Part shown: positions 60,444 to 64,000 of the stretch, piece after piece
Numbering within the stretch: position 1 is the stretch's first letter
Layout of the letters: each line of letters opens with the position of its first letter
DNA from: Alphaproteobacteria bacterium
GTDB taxonomy: Bacteria > Pseudomonadota > Alphaproteobacteria > UBA828
Assembly (NCBI GenBank): GCA_965220745.1
Contig: CBDCQT010000013.1
Location: 256,001 to 320,000 of the forward strand
DNA length: 64,000 nt
Reading direction: 5' to 3'
Translations under genes and position numbers: made by a program
Notes under the pieces: model-generated
What the model saw: only the letters and a program-made list of their open reading frames with translations
Told to the model about the DNA's origin: nothing
Database searches by the model: none

Positions 60444-61475
60444 TCAGTCGACGGGTTTCCAGTCCCCGGCCGGCTTGAGCTTCTTGGCTTCGGGGATCAC
60501 CTCGGTGCCGAAGCGCTCGATCTGGTCTAGCTGCTCGGAAAGTTCGCCCGAGGGGCACTCCAGCATGCAGACCGCCATCGAGAAGCCGGCGTCGGCCAGC
60601 GCCGCGAGATCCTCGACGATCTGCTCGCCGGTGCCGGTACAGGTTTGGCGTGGATTGGCTTGAGAAGCCGGGTCGCTGGCGTCAGTGATGCGCGCGGTCG
60701 CGGCGCATAGCATCAGGAAGTCGGATGGGCTCCGGCCTTGCGCCTCCAGCTCGCGGCACACCTCGTCTTGGAGGCCGGTGTAGCGGTCGGCCTGTGTGTA
60801 CGAATCGAGGAAGAGCGGATAGAGGCCGTCGCAGAAGCGCGCGGCACGCCGTGCGCCCCTGATCGTGTTGCCGCCGAAGACGATGGGCGGGTGCGGGTTC
60901 TGCTGCACCGGCTTCGGGTCCTGGGAGACGTCCTTGAAGCTGTAGTAGTTGCCCTCGAAGGTGGCGAGGTCGCCGGTCCACGAAGCCTTATAGATCTGGA
61001 TGCACTCCTCGGTGCGCCGGTTGCGCTCCTCGTAGTCGATGCCGACCGCGTCGAACTCCTCGACCATCCAGCCGACCCCGACGCCCAGCATGAGCCGGCC
61101 GCCCGAGAGCTGGTCCACGGTCATGAACTGGCGCGCGTCCGAGAGGGGATGGCGATAGGGCGCGATGAGCACGCTGGTGGCGAGCTTGATGGTCGTGGTC
61201 TGCACCGCGACCGCGCCCATGACCACGGCGGCGTCCAGCATGTTGTGGCGGCGCTGGTAGGCGCGCTGGCCGGAGACGTTCGCGGTGTGGTGGCTCTCGG
61301 AATCGTAGGGCATGCAGACATGGTCGGGATACCAGATCGAGTGAATGCCCGCGCGCTCGGCGGTCTGGGCGACCCGGATCGGGTCCATCTGCTCCGCCGG
61401 CGTGTGGTGGAGGAACATGTTGACGTCGTCGCGGTAGGACTGACCGTGGGTGTTTCCGTAAAGCCCGACTTCCAT
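60444..61475 (-). CDS. LLM-class flavin/F420-dependent oxidoreductase
   Basis: WYPDHV, TSVLIAPYRHP, DQLSGGRLMLGVGVGW.EEF, PKPVQ..PPIVFGG. Confidence 0.9.
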   Translation of the reverse strand: MEVGLYGNTHGQSYRDDVNMFLHHTPAEQMDPIRVAQTAERAGIHSIWYPDHVCMPYDSESHHTANVSGQRAYQRRHNMLDAAVVMGAVAVQTTTIKLATSVLIAPYRHPLSDARQFMTVDQLSGGRLMLGVGVGWMVEEFDAVGIDYEERNRRTEECIQIYKASWTGDLATFEGNYYSFKDVSQDPKPVQQNPHPPIVFGGNTIRGARRAARFCDGLYPLFLDSYTQADRYTGLQDEVCRELEAQGRSPSDFLMLCAATARITDASDPASQANPRQTCTGTGEQIVEDLAALADAGFSMAVCMLECPSGELSEQLDQIERFGTEVIPEAKKLKPAGDWKPVD

Positions 61476-61629
61476 GATGCATTCCCTTTCGTTCGCCCGG
61501 TTGCTGGCGCGGCGCGATTATGCCGCCCGCACCGCCTGCCTGGAAGCGCCGTCGCGCGCACGGTAGCCTCGAGCCGCCGGGCGAGTCGCGGGACCGCGCG
61601 GCCCTGACGCACACGGAGCGAGGGCGGTC

Positions 61630-63090
61630 ATGCGGGTTTTCATCGCCTGTCTCGGGACCGAGACCAACACCTTCTCGTCGCTGCCGACGGGCGAGCAGAC
61701 TTACCGGGACACCGCCGTCTTCGACAGCGATGCGACCTGCCATTCGCCCAATCCCTTCAGCCTGCCCCTGCACATCTGGCGCGAGCGCGCCGAGGCGGAG
61801 GGGCACGAGGTGATCGAGGGGCTCTGCGCCTTCGCCCAGCCGGGGGGGCGGACGATCCGCCGCGTCTACGAGGACTATCGCGATCGCATCCTCGAGCAGG
61901 CCGAAGCCGCGCTGCCGCTTGACCTCGTGCTGGTCAACATGCACGGCGCGATGGTGGCGGAGGGCTACGACGACTGCGAGGGCGACTTGTTGGCCCGGCT
62001 GCGCGCGGTGGTGGGCCCTGACGCGGTGATCGGTGGCGAGCTCGACCTGCACTGCCACATCACGCCGCTGATGCTGGAGGCGGCGACCGCGCTCGTCACC
62101 TACAAGGAATACCCCCACATCGACATCGGCGAGCGGGCGGAGGACCTGTTCCGGCTCTGCCACGACGCGGCCCGCGGGCGCACCCGGCCCGTGATGGCCG
62201 CTCACGACTGCCGCATGATCAGCATGTGGCGCACCACGGCTGAGCCGATGCAGACCTTCGTCGCCGACATGAAGGCGCGCGAGGGGAGCGACGGAATTCT
62301 CGCCGTCTCCTTCGGCCACGGCTTCCCCTGGGGCGACGTGGCGGAGGTGGGCGCCAAGACCCTGGTGGTAACCGATGGCGATGAGGGCAAGGCGGCGGCG
62401 CTGGCCGCCGATCTCGGCGCCCGGCTCTGGGCGATGCGCGAGGAGACGCGGCCCACCGCAATCGGGATCGACGAGGCTATCGACCGAGCGTTGGCGGTAG
62501 ACGGCGGGCCCGTGGTGCTGGCGGACGTCTCCGACAATGCCGGCGGCGGCGCGCCCAGCGATTCCACCTTCATCCTGGAGCGCTTGATCGCGCGAGGCGT
62601 CGGCGATGTCGCGAGCGGTCTCTACTGGGACCCGGTGGCGGTGCGCTTCTGCATGGAGGCGGGGGAGGGGGCGTCGCTCCGCTTACGTATCGGCGGCAAG
62701 TGCGGCCCGGACTCGGGCAACCCGGTGGACCTCGCGGTCACGGTCGAGCGGATCGTGATCGGCGCCAAGCAGACCTTCGGCGCGGCCCGCAACAGGATCG
62801 GCGATGCGGTGTGGGTGCGCGCGGAAGGCGGCCTCGACCTCGTGCTCAATACGGTGCGCACACAGGTCTTCCATCCCGACGCGTTCGCCGCCGTCGGGCT
62901 CGATCCGGCGGGCAAGAAGATCGTGGTGGTGAAATCCACCCAGCATTTTCATGCGGGCTTCGCGCCCATGGCAAAGGAAATTCTCTACGTCGCTGCACCG
63001 GGTGCCATCGCGCCCGACTTCGCGGCGATCCCCTACACTAAACTGGCGAAGCCCTACTGGCCGCGGGTCGAGGACCCCTGGGCAGGATAG
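61630..63090 (+). CDS. MlrC / M81 family metallopeptidase
   Basis: ETNTFS, HGAM, DLHCH, YPHID, DNAGGG, VVKSTQHF. Confidence 0.92.
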   Translation: MRVFIACLGTETNTFSSLPTGEQTYRDTAVFDSDATCHSPNPFSLPLHIWRERAEAEGHEVIEGLCAFAQPGGRTIRRVYEDYRDRILEQAEAALPLDLVLVNMHGAMVAEGYDDCEGDLLARLRAVVGPDAVIGGELDLHCHITPLMLEAATALVTYKEYPHIDIGERAEDLFRLCHDAARGRTRPVMAAHDCRMISMWRTTAEPMQTFVADMKAREGSDGILAVSFGHGFPWGDVAEVGAKTLVVTDGDEGKAAALAADLGARLWAMREETRPTAIGIDEAIDRALAVDGGPVVLADVSDNAGGGAPSDSTFILERLIARGVGDVASGLYWDPVAVRFCMEAGEGASLRLRIGGKCGPDSGNPVDLAVTVERIVIGAKQTFGAARNRIGDAVWVRAEGGLDLVLNTVRTQVFHPDAFAAVGLDPAGKKIVVVKSTQHFHAGFAPMAKEILYVAAPGAIAPDFAAIPYTKLAKPYWPRVEDPWAG

Positions 63091-63114
63091 GAGAGGCCCG
63101 GCGGGCGCTGCTGC

Positions 63115-64000
63115 TTATTCCGCCGCCTCCGCCTCGGGGCGGGCCCAGCGGCGCTCGAAGGCCCAGACGTCCTCGAAGCCCATGAGCGCGTGCATCTCGG
63201 GCAGCGAGATCATCGGCGCATCGACGTTGGCGGTCGAGCCGTCGCGCTTGAGGGACGCGAAGGCACTCTTCATGGCGCCGGCCGCCGGCAGCATGCCGAT
63301 GGCGGGATAGATCGCGATGTTGAAACCCAAGGCCGCGAGGCGCTCCGCCGGCACGATGGGGGTCTTGCCGCTGTCCACCATGTTGGCGAGCAGCGGCTTG
63401 TCGAAAGTCTCGCCGATCCGCGCGATCTCGTCTTCGTTCTCCGGCGCCTCGATGAAGATCACGTCGGCGCCCGCGTCGGCGAAGGCCTGGCCCCGCGCGA
63501 GGGCCTCGTCGAGTCCGAGGCTCGTGCGTGCATCGGTGCGCGCGATGATCAGGAAGTTGGGGTCGCGGCGCGCCTCGGCGGCGACCCTGATCTTCTCCAC
63601 CATGTCCTCGATGGGGACCACGCGGCGCCCCGGCGTGTGGCCGCACTTCTTGGGGATTTCCTGGTCCTCGAGCTGGATCGCGCTGCAGCCCGCGTCCTCG
63701 TAGCCCCGCACGGTGTGCTGCACGTTGAGCAGGCCGCCGAAGCCCGTGTCCGCATCGCAGATCAGCGGCGAGGCGGTGCCGCCCGCGATGGTGCGCACGC
63801 GGCTCACGACATCGGCGTAGCTCGCGATGCCGGCATCGGGCAGGCCGAGGTGCGAGGCCGCGACGCCGTAGCCGGTCATGTAGAGCGCCCGAAAACCCAT
63901 GCCGTCGGCGACCTTGGCGGAGATCATGTCGTAGACGCCCGGCGCCACGACGAACTGGCCCTCCCGGATCGCGCCGGCGAGCGCGGCGCGCTTCTCGCTT
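63115..64000 (-). CDS. Isocitrate lyase/PEP mutase family C-C lyase (PrpB/dimethylmalate lyase-like); 5' end beyond the window
   Basis: APGVYD, DADTGFGG, LEDQ..PKKCGH, IARTDA; frame open to the window edge. Confidence 0.92.
   Translation of the reverse strand, partial: SEKRAALAGAIREGQFVVAPGVYDMISAKVADGMGFRALYMTGYGVAASHLGLPDAGIASYADVVSRVRTIAGGTASPLICDADTGFGGLLNVQHTVRGYEDAGCSAIQLEDQEIPKKCGHTPGRRVVPIEDMVEKIRVAAEARRDPNFLIIARTDARTSLGLDEALARGQAFADAGADVIFIEAPENEDEIARIGETFDKPLLANMVDSGKTPIVPAERLAALGFNIAIYPAIGMLPAAGAMKSAFASLKRDGSTANVDAPMISLPEMHALMGFEDVWAFERRWARPEAEAAE

Overview
GC-rich alphaproteobacterial chromosome segment (recG, chvI/chvG, Hsp20-DUF1150, DUF192 and DUF1491 are typical of the class). 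It is dominated by catabolic genes for small nitrogenous or CoA-activated substrates: two ABC transporters, three hydantoinase/5-oxoprolinase loci, three Fe(II)/2OG dioxygenases, a Rieske oxygenase, several amidohydrolases, a CoA-transferase and acyl-CoA dehydrogenase, CitE, an LLM oxidoreductase and MlrC. It also carries two type II toxin-antitoxin pairs and one IS4-family element. Most unusual: (i) a 77-nt tRNA-like gene at 35429-35505 (-) with an Arg-type body, a CCC anticodon and a candidate promoter that would start transcription near G1, set in a cluster of DnaA-box-like motifs inside a repeat-bounded 2.4-kb segment; (ii) a PhyH/EctD-type hydroxylase coupled to a non-canonical SHMT of the alpha-methylserine hydroxymethyltransferase type; (iii) a 4-hydroxybutyryl-CoA dehydratase homologue with rewired Fe-S and catalytic residues, followed by twin SnoaL proteins; (iv) a dispersed intergenic element with 10-bp-phased CGGGA boxes; (v) a diverged copy of a hyuB 3' segment bracketing a low-GC orphan gene. 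All family calls come from motif recognition by eye; no database searches were run.
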